64,000 nucleotides of DNA from Eledone cirrhosa (taxonomy: Eukaryota), in the NCBI GenBank assembly GCA_964016885.1, contig OZ024757.1, positions 40,424,001 through 40,488,000 of the forward strand, in the 5' to 3' direction. Shown here one piece after another: positions 24,745 through 38,245 of this stretch. Position 1 is the stretch's first letter; the number at the start of each line of letters is the position of its first letter. The position numbers were made by a program, and so were the translations under genes. The notes beneath the pieces are model-generated. The model ran no database searches and was not told the DNA's origin. It saw nothing but the letters and a program-made list of their open reading frames with translations.

Positions 24745-25600
24745 TTATGCCTTTCATCCTTACCAGTAGTGTACCAGTAATGTACTGGGGTAATTGCTGG
24801 TTTTGTGCTAAAAGTAGAAGGGTTTAAATCCCACCAAGGTTACCTTTGCCTTTCATACTTGCAGGGTGGATAACAAACTACCAGTAATACACTGGGGTAA
24901 TTACTTGCCTTGTGCCAAGGTTATCTTTGCCTTTCATACTTATGGGTTCGATAAAATAAAGTACCAGTAATACACTGGAATAATTGCTGGCCTTGTGCAA
25001 AAAGTAGAGACAATTATTATTGTTATTATTTAACTTGTAGAATGGCAGAATCGATAGAGCGACGGACAATATGCTTTGCCACATATAGTATCGACTTTCT
25101 TCATTCTGAGTTCAAATCCTGCCGAGGTTAGCTTTGCCTTTCATCCTTAAAGGTGTCGATAAACTAAAGTACCTGTCGCGCACTGAGGTCGATTTAATTG
25201 ATTTTCCCCTCCCCAAAAATTGATGGCCTTGTGCCTATATAAGAAACCATTATTATTATAATTATTATTATTTAACTTGTGGATTGGCAGAATCGATAGA
25301 GCGACGGGCAACATGCTTTGCTACATATAGTATCGACTTTTTTCACTCTGAATTCTTATCCCGCCGAGGTTAACTTTGTCTTCCATTCTTAAAGTGTCGA
25401 TAAAATAAAACACCTGTAATGCACTGGGATCTATCTAATCGAATTGCCCTTTCACCAAATTCTTGGCCTTGTGCCTGAATCATAAACCATTATTTAACAG
25501 TTGGATTGGCGTAATCGGTAGAGTGACGGACAGCTTATAGTATCGACTTTTTACATTCTGATTTCAAATCCCACCGATGACAACGTCTTTTTCTGTCTTT
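24745..25600 (+). mobile_element. Tandem cluster of Deu/Nin-domain-like SINE copies and fragments
   Basis: At least five partial or complete units head-to-tail (TGGCAGAATCGATAGAGCG A-box, GAGTTCAAATCC B-box). Confidence 0.85.
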
Positions 25601-25731
25601 AAGTATCATTCCCTTATTTTACAAGCTATTTCATTGCATCGCTGCGCATGAATTCATCACAATTCATAATAACTTTAACCTCTCAGCCCTTCGTAAAGTA
25701 CAAGAGATCTGTTACATATACACGATGTTTG

Positions 25732-25792
<61 letters not shown>

Positions 25793-26155
25793 CCATGTCA
25801 TTCACAAAACCACGAACCTATTCAATCATTGTCTATTCCCATTTCCACGCTCTCAGCAAATCGATCAATCATTCTCTCCACAATTTCAATATACTCAGTT
25901 ATTCACGATCACATAGACAAACATTCGCACACACACTCCACCATCACAGACAGACACACACACTCCACCACCACCACCAGACACACAAACATAGTCACTG
26001 ATTTGCGAAAGATTGAAATACGTATCAGGAAGATATCTATGTTTGATTTTTTTAGTAAACTCCTGAACGATGAATTGGAAGGACTTAGCAAAGTTTCCCG
26101 GGGACGCCTTCATCATAAACTCGGCAGCCTAATTGGAGGAATCATAGATGGGGAT

Positions 26156-26545
26156 CCTGCTCTGAAGTTCGATCCTGGTCAGGAGTAGGGTTCCCGGTAA
26201 ATCTTTTCAGTTTTTTTTCTATTGGCTATAAAATAAAAACTGAAAAAGACTACATGTACCCTTCGACCAGGACTGAACCCAAGACCAGGATTTCCACCGT
26301 CTCTAGCACTTACCACTGGCCCACTGAGACAACTACGAAATTCTACTGAAAATTCATACTTATAAACCTACTTTCAACATTTTCAAAACAAAGTGTTGTA
26401 GTCTCGTTCATGTCTTTCTTAATGTTATTGCTCCTACTTAAAGTCGACTTCTAAATCATTTGGCTGCCCCCTAAACTCCATCCTCGTCTTGTTTTGTCAT
26501 CTATCTAGACTATATTTTAACCTGTAATTCATGTTTCATTTCTGT
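26156..26545 (-). mobile_element. ~390-bp dispersed repeat with tRNA-like segment and internal fold-back (copy 1)
   Basis: Reverse complement of 33005-33393. Confidence 0.8.
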
Positions 26546-26714
26546 TGTACGTCATGCCTTCCCCGCCTCTCTTTCTTGTCCCATAACGCAGTGGCACCTT
26601 AGTGATATACGGCGTTTGGGGCAATTTAAGGCCCATAGAGCCCATCTTCTCTCCATGTGTGAATGCAGCAGATTTCTTCCAGAGAAGGATAGAAAGTGAC
26701 AAAGAGATATAGAG

Positions 26715-26885
26715 GGAAAAAAATCGATCACACTGATTGATTGGTACTTCTGTTATCGACCTTGAAAATATAAGAGGCAAAGTTGACCTCAGTGGGATTT
26801 GACCTCAGAGATCAGAGAACTGAATCAAATATCACAAAGCACTCTATCTGACGTTCTACCGTCTCTGCAAATTGGCCAGCGACCA
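26715..26885 (-). mobile_element. Degenerate Deu/Nin-domain-like SINE
   Basis: GGTACTT..TTATCGACC...AGGCAAAGTTGACCTC..GGGATTTGA. Confidence 0.65.
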
Positions 26886-26929
26886 TAATGTACTCTATAT
26901 AGTGAAACTCCGCGCCTAACATATTGAAA

Positions 26930-27525
26930 TGTAGAGTTTTAAAAACAGTTTAATTTCTAAAGTTATACACATAATGAATTGAAAAATAATCATTAAATTT
27001 TAATGATTAATCTTAATGAAAGCTAAAGTCTAAATGGGTGAAACATTTCCCAGGGACGCATTCTCTGTGTTGTATATAGTGATACACAAAACAGTTTCTG
27101 ATTAACCAAAATTTCACACATAGTGAATTGAAAAATAATCGTTAATTGTTAATGATTTATTTTAATTAAAGCTAATGACTAACTGGGTAAAACACTTCTC
27201 AGGGCAGCCTTCTGTATTAAGTATATATAGTTAAATGAAGGGCTTTACATAATTTAGTGAGACTCAAAACAATTACTAATTAATTAAAATGATACCTATA
27301 ATGTAAAGAAGAGAAAATCATTAAAGTTTAATGATTAATGTTAATTAAAGTTAATGGTTGACTGGGTAAAAAGATTCTTAGGGACGCCGTCTGTATAAAG
27401 TATATAGAGTTAAATCAACGGCTTACATAATATAGTGTGACACAATCATTTCTAATTAATTAGAATGTAAAGAAGAGAAAATCATTAAATTTTAATGATT
27501 ATGTTAATTAAAGTTAATGATTTTT
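26930..27525. repeat. Diverged ~150-180-bp tandem repeat (about 4 units)
   Basis: Recurring AATCATTAAATTTTAATGATT palindrome and ACTGGGTAAAA..TTCT.AGGG. Confidence 0.75.
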
Positions 27526-28434
27526 GTCTGTTCATTACAGATGAAAGAGAATATCCGCCTCAGTGAAATTTGAACCCGAACTAGTGTGTGACGTCATTAA
27601 ACGGTGTTTACGGTCCAATCGTTGGTTGTAACGTTACTGGTCGTTTTTGTCGCTTCGTTACTACTCGAGGAAGATGTACCATAAATATATATTGATTGCT
27701 TCCCCAGACACCGAATAAAGTTTGAAGTTATAGTAGTTGAACCTCAGATCAACCATGTTCTACAAACCCTTTGATCAAAAGATGAGCTGCAAAGACAGTG
27801 TCAATTCTAAATTTTTTCATTCTTGGTTTCTTTTATTCTCCGTGCTTTGAAATTTGAGCGGCAAATTGTCAAAATCGTTACAGCTTTTGGTGAAATGCTT
27901 TATGATATATATTCAGACTTCTACTGTTCTGATTTCAAATACTTCTGAGGTCAACTGTGCCTTCCCTATTTTCGAAGTCGATAAATGAAATACTAAGCTA
28001 GTATGATCGATGTGCTGAATCTATAGAGATGTCGAACAGTATTTGTTGCTATTCTTTGTGTTCTGTGTTCAAACCTCACTCTGGCTCACTAGTGTGGTAG
28101 ATTTAATATGTCGCTCAATTTAAGACAAGCAGCTGGCTCCTGGGAGTCCCATCTGTTACAAATATTTGTGTCAGGCATTCGGTTTAAGGATACTTTCCAA
28201 TTAACCAACGTGCTGTCTCGTCATTGGGCTTAAAAACTGATTTATGTTCTTATCATCCGATCCTATCCTTGGTCGTCCAATGACATAAGGGTTTCGGTTG
28301 CACAATACTCTGATCCATGTTCTCAAAATATCCATCTAACTTAGAACCCGAGACACACACACCCGCACACACATGTGCAAAAAACAGAATAAATATCAAA
28401 GCAAACGACACAGTACAATATATAATATATATAG

Positions 28435-28940
28435 ATCTACTTTTGGCACAAGACCAGCAATTACCACAGTGCATTACTGGTACTTTATTTTATCGACCCC
28501 GTAAGGATGAAAAACAAAATTAACCTCACTGGGATTTGAACTCAGACAGTAAAGGGACGTAACTCTATGTTTCAAAGCATGCCGTCCGACCTTCTAGCGA
28601 TACTGCCAATCCACCACCCATATATATTATTATTGTACCAGTAATGCACAGGGTAATTGCAGGCCTTGTGCCTAAAGTAGAAACAATTATATTATACTAT
28701 TAAGGGCGGTGAATTGGCAGTATCGGTAGACGGTCAGACGCCATGCTTTCAAGCATAGTTATGTCCCTTTATGATTTGAGTTCAAATCCCGCCCAGGTTA
28801 ACTTTGCCTTTCATCGATAAAATAAAGTACCAATAATGTACTGAGTAATTGCTGGCCTTGTGCCAAAAAGTAGAAACAATTACATTATACTATTTACGTA
28901 ATGGGTAATTGCTGGCCTTGTGCCAAAAGTAGAACAAGTA
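28435..28940. mobile_element. Inverted pair of Deu/Nin-domain-like SINEs (minus 28435-28620; plus 28700-28880) plus tail fragments
   Basis: Same family in opposite orientations about 80 bp apart. Confidence 0.8.
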
Positions 28941-29070
28941 TTGTGCTCTAATCAAGGGATTCTGGACATAAGTTGAGAATAATTATTAGGATAAGTAGTA
29001 TTTACTACGAGAGAAGGAAATACAAGGGAAGAAATAGGTCTGGGAATCAACCTCCCGTTGTGTGTAGCTG

Positions 29071-30856
29071 TGTACTGTAATAGTGTATTGTAGTAGTGTA
29101 CTGTAATAGTGTATTGTAATAGTGTACTGTAATAGTGTATTATAGTAGTGTATTATAGTAGTGTATTGTAGTAGTGTATTGTAGTAGTGTATTATACTAG
29201 TGTATTATAGTAGTGTATTGTAGTAGTGTATTGTAGTAGTGTATTATACTAGTGTATTATAGTAGTGTATTGTAGTAGTGTATTGTAGTAGTGTATTATA
29301 GTAGTGTATTATAGTAGTGTATTGTAGTAGTGTATTGTAGTAGTGTATTATAGTAGTGTATTATAGTAGTGTATTATAGTAGTGTATTATAGTAGTGTAT
29401 TATAGTAGTGTATTATAGTGGTGTATTATAGTAGTGTATTATAGTAGTGTATTGTAGTAGTGTATTATAGTAGTGTATTATAGTAGTGTAGTATAGTAGT
29501 GTATTGTAGTAGTGTATTATAGTGGTGTATTATAGTAGTGTATTATAGTAGTGTATTGTAATAGTGTATTATAGTGGTGTATTATAGTAGTGTATTGTAA
29601 TAGTGTATTATAGTGGTGTATTATAGTAGTGTATTGTAATAGTGTATTATAGTGGTGTATTATAGTAGTGTATTGTAGTAGTGTATTATAGTAGTGTATT
29701 ATAGTGGTGTATTATAGTAGTGTATTGTAGTAGTGTATTATAGTAGTGTATTGTAATAGTGTATTATAGTAGTGTATTGTAATAGTGTATTATAGTGGTG
29801 TATTGTAGTAGTGTATTGTAGTAGTGTATTATAGTAGTGTATTATAGTGGTGTATTGTAGTGGTGTATTGTAGTAGTGTATTATAGTAGTGTATTATAGT
29901 AGTGTATTATAGTAGTGTATTATAGTAGTGTATTATAGTAGTGTATTATAGTGGTGTATTGTAGTGGTGTATTGTAGTGGTGTATTATAGTAGTGTATTA
30001 TAGTGGTGTATTATAGTAGTGTATTATAGTAGTGTATTATAGTAGTGTATTGTAATAGTGTATTGTAGTAGTGTATTGTAGTAGTGTATTATAGTAGTGT
30101 ATTGTAATAGTGTATTGTAGTAGTGTATTATAGTAGTGTATTGTAATAGTGTATTGTAGTAGTGTATTATAGTAGTGTATTATAGTAGTGTATTATAGTA
30201 GTGTATTGTAATAGTGTATTGTAGTAGTGTATTATAGTGGTGTATTGTAGTAGTGTATTATAGTAGTGTATTGTAGTAGTGTATTATAGTAGTGTATTGT
30301 AGTAGTGTATTATAGTGGTGTATTATAGTAGTGTATTATAGTAGTGTATTATAGTGGTGTATTGTAGTAGTGTATTATAGTAGTGTATTATAGTAGTGTA
30401 TTATAGTGGTGTATTATAGTAGTGTATTATAGTAGTGTATTATAGTGGTGTATTGTAGTAGTGTATTATAGTAGTGTATTATAGTAGTGTATTATAGTAG
30501 TGTATTATAGTAGTGTATTATAGTAGTGTATTATAGTGGTGTATTATAGTAGTGTATTATAGTAGTGTATTATAGTGGTGTATTGTAGTAGTGTATTATA
30601 GTAGTGTATTATAGTAGTGTATTATAGTAGTGTATTATAGTAGTGTATTATAGTAGTGTATTATAGTAGTGTATTATAGTGGTGTATTATAGTAGTGTAT
30701 TATAGTAGTGTATTATAGTAGTGTATTATAGTAGTGTATTATAGTAGTGTATTATAGTAGTGTATTATAGTAGTGTATTGTAATAGTGTATTATAGTAGT
30801 GTATTATAGTGGTGTATTGTAGTAGTGTATTATAGTAGTGTATTATAGTAGTGTAT
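29071..30856. repeat. 13-bp satellite (AGTGTATTATAGT and variants), ~1.8 kb
   Basis: Direct inspection. Confidence 0.97.
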
Positions 30857-31031
30857 GTGTGAGTTAGTGAGGTATGATGATGCAAGGTGAGTTGATTGAA
30901 GCAACAATAACAGTAGTAACAGTATTATTAGTAGTAGTAGTAGTAGCCGAAGTATAGTTGTAGTATCTTGAGGAATGTCCTAACTCTTTCGAATATATAG
31001 TGTTAAAGATAACAGAAGGTAGAGAGAGAGA

Positions 31032-31068
<37 letters not shown>

Positions 31069-31743
31069 TGAGATAGAGAGATAGAGAGAGGAGGAGAGAG
31101 TGAGAGAGTGAGAGAGAGAGAAGGAGAGAGTGAGAGAGAGAGAGAGGAGAGAAGGAGAGAGTGAGAGAGAGAGACAGAGAGAATGAGAGAGAATGAGAGT
31201 GAGAGAGAAGAAGAGAGAGCGAGCGAAATTGTGTGTGTGAGAGGTAATAGAAGAAAGACGGAGAGAAAGAGGGGGATAGTGTGTGAGAGAGAGATAGAGA
31301 GGTAATAGAAGAGATACATGTAGTGTGAGAGAGAGAGGGGGTGGAGAGGGATAGAGGGAGAGAGGGAGAGGGGGTGGAGAGAGGGAGAGAAAGAGAGGGA
31401 GAGAGAGGGATATAGGGAGAGAGGGAGAGAGAGGGGGAGAGGGGGAGAGAGAGAGAGAGAAGGTGATAATGTGTGAGTGTGTGAGAGAAGCAAATAGAAT
31501 ATGTAATAGTGTGTGTGTGAAAGAGAACGATAGATAGATAGAGATGAGGGGAGAGAGAGAGAGTGTGTGTGTGTGTAGGAATGATAGAGAGACAGAGAGA
31601 GGGAGATAGAGAGAGGCAATAGTATGTGAGAGGGAGAGGGATATAGAGAAAGGGCAATAGAGAGTGTGTGAGAGGGAGAGGGAGAGGGCAATATTGTCTG
31701 TAAGAGAGATAGAGAGAGAAATGTAGGGAGAGAGCAATAGAGA

Positions 31744-31776
<33 letters not shown>

Positions 31777-32196
31777 GCAATAGTGTGTGTGTCAGAGAGA
31801 GAGAAGGAAATAGTGTGAGAGAGAGAGAGAGATGCAATAGTGTGTGTGTGTGAGAGAGAGAGAGAGATAGAGAGGGGCAGAAGCTTAAGGCGACTAGTTA
31901 TGTCTGTGTGAGCGTTCTAGTAGAAATGACAGCATGTAGTGTTGATAGTAGAAGTAGTAGTGTTGGTGGTGTCATTAGTAGTGTAGTAGTAGTAGTAGTT
32001 GTGGTAGTGGTAGTAGTAGTAGTAATAGCATATATATGTGTAAACATATGGGTATGTGTGTATATACGTATGCATATGTGTTATATATATATATCTGACG
32101 TGGTTTGAGGTACACTTTGGTTGCTATTTCTAACGTGACCAACATCATGTAGATGCATCTTCACGAGTACTAACTGCACTACTACTACTACAATAA

Positions 32197-32274
<78 letters not shown>

Positions 32275-32304
32275 CAGCTGCAGCAGTAGTGATAGTAGTA
32301 TTAA

Positions 32305-32361
<57 letters not shown>

Positions 32362-32374
32362 CAGCAGCAGTAGC

Positions 32375-32406
<32 letters not shown>

Positions 32407-33004
32407 CAGCAGTAGTAGTAGTAGTAGTTAGTAGTAGTAGTAACCATTACCTCACTACCTACTGCCAGTCAACATTTGAAATGTCCATCGTGAGAAATTC
32501 TTGGTTTCTCTCCTAATCGATTTTATTGATGTCTCTTCTTACTCTTGTGTTCTTCTAACTTAATACATACCACTTGTCTCGTATATACAAATAATACCTA
32601 TATATACAGGGTCAGATTTAATAGAGAGGGCAAAGAGAGCAATCCCCACCCCCCGCGAGTCCCCATCTCTGGGGGCTCCACCAGCGATGACGGCAGCAAT
32701 TTATTTTTGCCCTCAGCTGAGCTTTTTAGTTTTAGGATGGTTACAGTTTTTTTGGAATTTAATACTTGTATGCAGTGGCGGACTGACCAGGTTGCCAGGT
32801 TGCCCAATGGCATGTGGGCCCCAGGGGGCCCACGGTAGCATTGCAAGGGCCCACAATAGCATTGCAGAGCCCACTGTAGTATTTTAGGGACCAATGCTTT
32901 GCTTTAAAAAAAATGCCTGAAATGAAAGAGAAAGAATAAAATGTGGTCAACCAATCCCCCAGAGAATTACTAGAAACCAAAATATAGCTGGAATCAGTGG
33001 TTGT

Positions 33005-33393
33005 ACAGAAATGAAACATGGATTACAGGTTAAAATATAGTCTAGATAGATGAGAAACAAAACGAGGATGTAGTTTATGGAACACCCAACTGGTTTAGAA
33101 GTCGACCTTAAGTAGGAGCAATAACATTAAGAAAGACATGAACGACACCACAACACTTTGTTTTGAAAATTTTGAAAGTAGGTTTATAAGTATGAATTTT
33201 CATAGGACATATGTAGTTGCCTCTGTGGCCTAACGGTGGGTACTACAGACGGTGGAGATCCTGGTCTCGGGTTCAATCCTGGTCAAGATATTCATGTAAA
33301 CTTTTTTCAGTTTTTATTTTACAACCAATAGAAAAAAAACTGAAAAGGCTGACCAGGAACCTACTCCCGACCAGGATTGAACTTCAGACCAGG
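33005..33393 (+). mobile_element. ~390-bp dispersed repeat with tRNA-like segment and internal fold-back (copy 2)
   Basis: TGGCCTAACGG (A-box-like) ... GGTTCAATCC (B-box-like); CCTGGTCTCGGGTTCAATCCTGGTC is mirrored by GACCAGGATTGAACTTCAGACCAGG. Confidence 0.8.
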
Positions 33394-33826
33394 CAGAAGA
33401 AGAAGGAGGAAGATGAAGAAGAAGAAGAAATGCCAAGTTGATTTCTCCCAACATCTTTAAAAACACTTTCACCAACCAACCAAGATCTCAACAATTTCAA
33501 ACGTTCTGTAATTCTTTCGCTTCTAAAGATCTCATTACATAGCCCAAATAATATAATAGTATATAATAATAACAATAAAAGAATATAAATATATAAATAT
33601 ATACACATGCGACAGTTTGTCCTCAACTCATTTCGTAAATATATCTTATACCGTGTACGCTATCAACATTGCAATATAATCTTCACCCCTACCAGAGACA
33701 CCACCACCAGCGCCACCTCCACCATTAAGAATATGAGTTTCAGTATATACATACATAGCCACACACACACACACACACAGAAATATATATATATAATTAT
33801 GAGTATATATATATATGATATGATAT

Positions 33827-33954
33827 GATATGAAAGCATTGCCCCGACACTACCACCAATAAATATATAAGGTTCAGTATATATATATATATATATATAT
33901 ATATGATATCAAAGCATTGCCCCGACACTACCACCAATAAATATATAAGGTTCA

Positions 33955-34011
<57 letters not shown>

Positions 34012-34058
34012 ATCAAAGCATTGCCCCGACACTACCACCAATAAATATATAAGGTTCA

Positions 34059-34125
<67 letters not shown>

Positions 34126-34251
34126 ATCACAGCATTGCCCCTACACTACCCCCAATAAATATATAAGGTTCAGTATATATATATATATATATATATATAT
34201 GATATCACAGCATTGCCCCTACACTACCCCCAATAAATATATAAGGTTCAG
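33827..34251. repeat. Five 51-bp units separated by variable-length (TA)n
   Basis: GATATCAMAGCATTGCCCCKACACTACCMCCAATAAATATATAAGGTTCAG at ~33827, 33905, 34009, 34123 and 34201. Confidence 0.9.
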
Positions 34252-34719
34252 CATACAAATAAAGATTCAGCGAGAATCACATTTCGGCGGGCGGGAAAAG
34301 CGAAGCGAAACGCAAATATCAGAAATGACACTGGCAAAGTGCTCAATAGTTAAAAACCAGAGCTAAACAATGTGTTAGGAAGCCATACAAAACTGAAAAG
34401 GTGGTCAAGAAGGCATTAACCACCCAAGCCAAAAACCAAAACAGTATATATATATATATTTTGGGGAAGTAAGAAACAAAAGCAATAACAATGAGTGCTG
34501 TTACGAACAGTGTTGGTATTAGGTTCCAGCATATGTGTGGCTGTATAAGTGTTTATATGTGTGTGTTTGTTAAAGCAGGCTTAGGCACACGCCCGCACGT
34601 GTGTCTGGGAAGCTGTGTGGTAGAGTGTATGTGTGTCAGGGGTGTATGGGTGTATATATAAGTACCAAGTTGACATTTAAGTACAAAACGTATAGTAGAT
34701 GGTGAAACACAAGTACATA

Positions 34720-34756
<37 letters not shown>

Positions 34757-34827
34757 TGAGTGAGTGAGAGAGCTTTGTATGTTGGCTTATAGACATATAT
34801 AATCATTTACATACTCTTACATACATG

Positions 34828-34934
<107 letters not shown>

Positions 34935-35148
34935 TAGTATTTGTTTTGTGATACGTAATTAAAAGATCAAAAGTGGCATTAAGTCATGTATGTATACTGA
35001 CACACACACACACACATATATATATGTATATATATATATACACACTTATATGTATATCTCTCTCTCTCTATATATATATATGCGTGTGTATGTATTTGTA
35101 CGCAAACGTATTTGTTTCTAGATGTGCGTGCACGATTGTATATATAGA

Positions 35149-35221
<73 letters not shown>

Positions 35222-35573
35222 GTCTATTGTATGTGTGTTTATGTTTTTAAGCGCGTGTATATTCATGCAGGTGCGTGTGTGTATATAAACTGTTTGTTGT
35301 AACCAGGGACTGGCGAACAATTTCCAATTTGTTGACATCAATGACAAGCTTAATCCGATCAAGTCAATAATATAAATTACACTACGGAATTCAGAGACAG
35401 GAATCGATTCTAAGATATCGTTTTGGACACGTACGTCTGCGTATAACTTGCAGCTTGTACATACATACATACCTACATACCTACATACATACATACATAC
35501 ATACATACATACATACATACCTACATACATACATACATACATACATACATACATACATACATACATACATACA

Positions 35574-35608
<35 letters not shown>

Positions 35609-35641
35609 GTTTTGCAATGTACGTATATATATATATATATA

Positions 35642-35827
35642 TAACGAAGGAAGTGTGGTAAGGAACCAGATGGACCATAACGCACCAGAGTACTCAATAC
35701 TTAGGGTAGTGGAGTGGGTAATGGAAAATGTTCAAGACCCCGACGGCTATTTCTAGACTCTATGAGTCCAGAAATAGCCGTCGAAACGGCTTGAGCTCTG
35801 CCGCCGGGGTCTTGAACATTTTCCTAT
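35642..35827 (-). mobile_element. Family A fold-back mini-element (internal deletion in the left arm)
   Basis: Same tail and arms; the segment between the two GACGGC repeats is lost on the left arm; (TA)n flanks. Confidence 0.85.
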
Positions 35828-35981
35828 ATATATATATATATATATAGTATGTGTATACACAAGTTTGTGTGTATATTTGTAACTTAGGTTATTATTAGCA
35901 TAAGTGTGCATAAACTATTTCAATGTGCATTAGCCTATATATATATATCTATATATTTTACATCATACACCCCCTATATAA

Positions 35982-36054
<73 letters not shown>

Positions 36055-36558
36055 TTTGTGCAAACAACATAATAGGAAATCATTTGAAGCGATGACTGTG
36101 TAAATATTTCGTAAAATTTTAGGAAGTTAATCACGGAAATAGCTGTAAAAAAGTCATTTGTTGCGTTGATCATAGCAAAACATTGCGTTAAATAGTTCGT
36201 CTTAATGAACGGAAGAGGTTTTGTTTAACCTGATTCTTTGCTATGATCATCAGAACATCTGGTTGTTTTATAGCTATTTCTGTATTTGAGCTTCCTACAA
36301 TTTTACGAAATACATACATACATGCAAACACAAACAAACATAAACACACATACATACACCCACATACACCCACATACCATCTTACACACACGAAGTCATC
36401 TTCCTCACTGGTTAACGAATGTGTGTAATCTGGCCAGCTGGGTTTGAATTTTAATAATTTAAACTTAGTTGTCCCTCGAGTGAGTGGGGAAACCCCCGAA
36501 GCTATGTCTATTCGCTTTGGCTTGCTTCGTCCCCTAATTATCTATATCTGTCTATCTA

Positions 36559-36620
<62 letters not shown>

Positions 36621-36709
36621 CGTATATACACACACACATATAGACACACACATAGATATACATATATATATATTCTCTAATTCACTCTTAGACGCGTGTC
36701 TACATGGAA

Positions 36710-36801
36710 ACATATCTGAGGAGCTTCCGATTCCAGAGTCACGGTCAGTCATTAATCGATAGTTCCTCCAGCTGATCGACAGTGAAACATATGTAATATG
36801 T
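36710..36801 (+). ncRNA. Type I hammerhead ribozyme motif with long stem II
   Basis: ACATAT-CTGAGGA-GCTtcCGATT...GATCGacAGT-GAAA-CATATG-TA-ATATGT. Stem I ACATAT/ATATGT, palindromic stem III CATATG, GUA cleavage after 36795. Confidence 0.75.
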
Positions 36802-36862
36802 AATTAAATACGATGTAACACTGATTCGTTCTCCCCTTATATCTTATTATATATATATATCT

Positions 36863-36898
<36 letters not shown>

Positions 36899-36907
<9 letters not shown>

Positions 36908-37265
36908 TAAAAAAATAATGAATAAAACAATGAAACAGTTCCTTATATTAAACAAAAAAAGTTCATTATTTAACGATCGTTTCTAGGATATATATGTGTT
37001 AGAATTGGCATGCATATTCATATGCCAATTCTAACACATATATATCCTAGAAACGATCGTTAAATAATGAACTTTTTTTGTTTAATATAAGGAACTGTTT
37101 CATTGTTTTATTCATTATTTTTTTAATATTTTATCTTGACTCTGTATTCCGTTTATCTTTCACCGAAAGTGATTTTTCATTGCATCTCTTCTTTCCATGA
37201 TATCCGGATTACATTGAGTTCTTCATACGGATTGGACACTACCGTAAACTCTTGGTAGATTTATC

Positions 37266-37270
<5 letters not shown>
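36899..37270 (+). mobile_element. Family C fold-back element: perfect 113-bp inverted arms plus tail
   Basis: 36899-37011 is the exact reverse complement of 37022-37134; each arm has GAAAC-GATC-GTT; tail 37135-37270; (TA)n flanks. Confidence 0.85.
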
Positions 37271-37303
<33 letters not shown>

Positions 37304-37796
37304 TAATATTATATTATTTATTTATGTTCATGCAGAGAACAAAAGTGCATTTAAGGTTTCAAGGCCCAGTATTCCAATAGTGACCATACCACTATTCTGT
37401 AAGAGGAATCTACATTATAACCTAATCTTTGGGCGCTTAAACATGTTGCTTTGTTAACTCCGAAACGACCAAATCTTTCTCTTATATTAGGACAATGTGA
37501 CGGGGTTCAAATGACGCTGGAATTACCAGCAAAATAAAGCAAACAAAAAACACCCAATTAACTTTATGATGAAAGATCCGTTAATAGTAATTAAGAGGAT
37601 ATTTGTCTCTAATCCTTAGATATCTCAATGAATGGATAATTGTTTCTACTTTGGGCACAAGGCCAGCAATTACCCAGTGCATTACTGGTACTATATCATT
37701 GATATTGCTTCTGTGAGTGATATCTTATCCATATCATTTAGTAGTTCAACAAAACATCGTGTTAAAGAGCACGCAGCCGCCCCAACGAAATGATAT

Positions 37797-37879
<83 letters not shown>

Positions 37880-38188
37880 TAGGTATAGCAGGAGTGGTGG
37901 ACACATTTTTGAAATGGGCGGGGTGGGGGTGGAATTTGGACGATTGCGACCGATAGATACTATTAACAACTGGAAAGACCGACGGAAACTATTGTATCCT
38001 CGGTCCGATTTGACGAAAGTCGATCGATCCTTTTTTTTTTTTTAGCTCTGTGCATTCTAAAATGGTCAGAAAACTTCTATATGAATAAACTTAACATGTA
38101 CATAAATTGTAGCGCATATCAAGATAGATGTGTGTTTTTGGTAGTTTGGGGAGAAAGAAACTGGTATTATGCCCAATTTATGAATTCC

Positions 38189-38243
<55 letters not shown>

Positions 38244-38245
38244 AA

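Noticed and set aside
33218-33290. Possible tRNA gene
   Set aside because: A/B boxes are present but there is no clean cloverleaf, and it is part of a dispersed repeat.
33827-34251. CRISPR-like repeat/spacer appearance (also 60735-61323)
   Set aside because: The spacers are pure (TA)n, the context is eukaryotic, and there are no cas genes.
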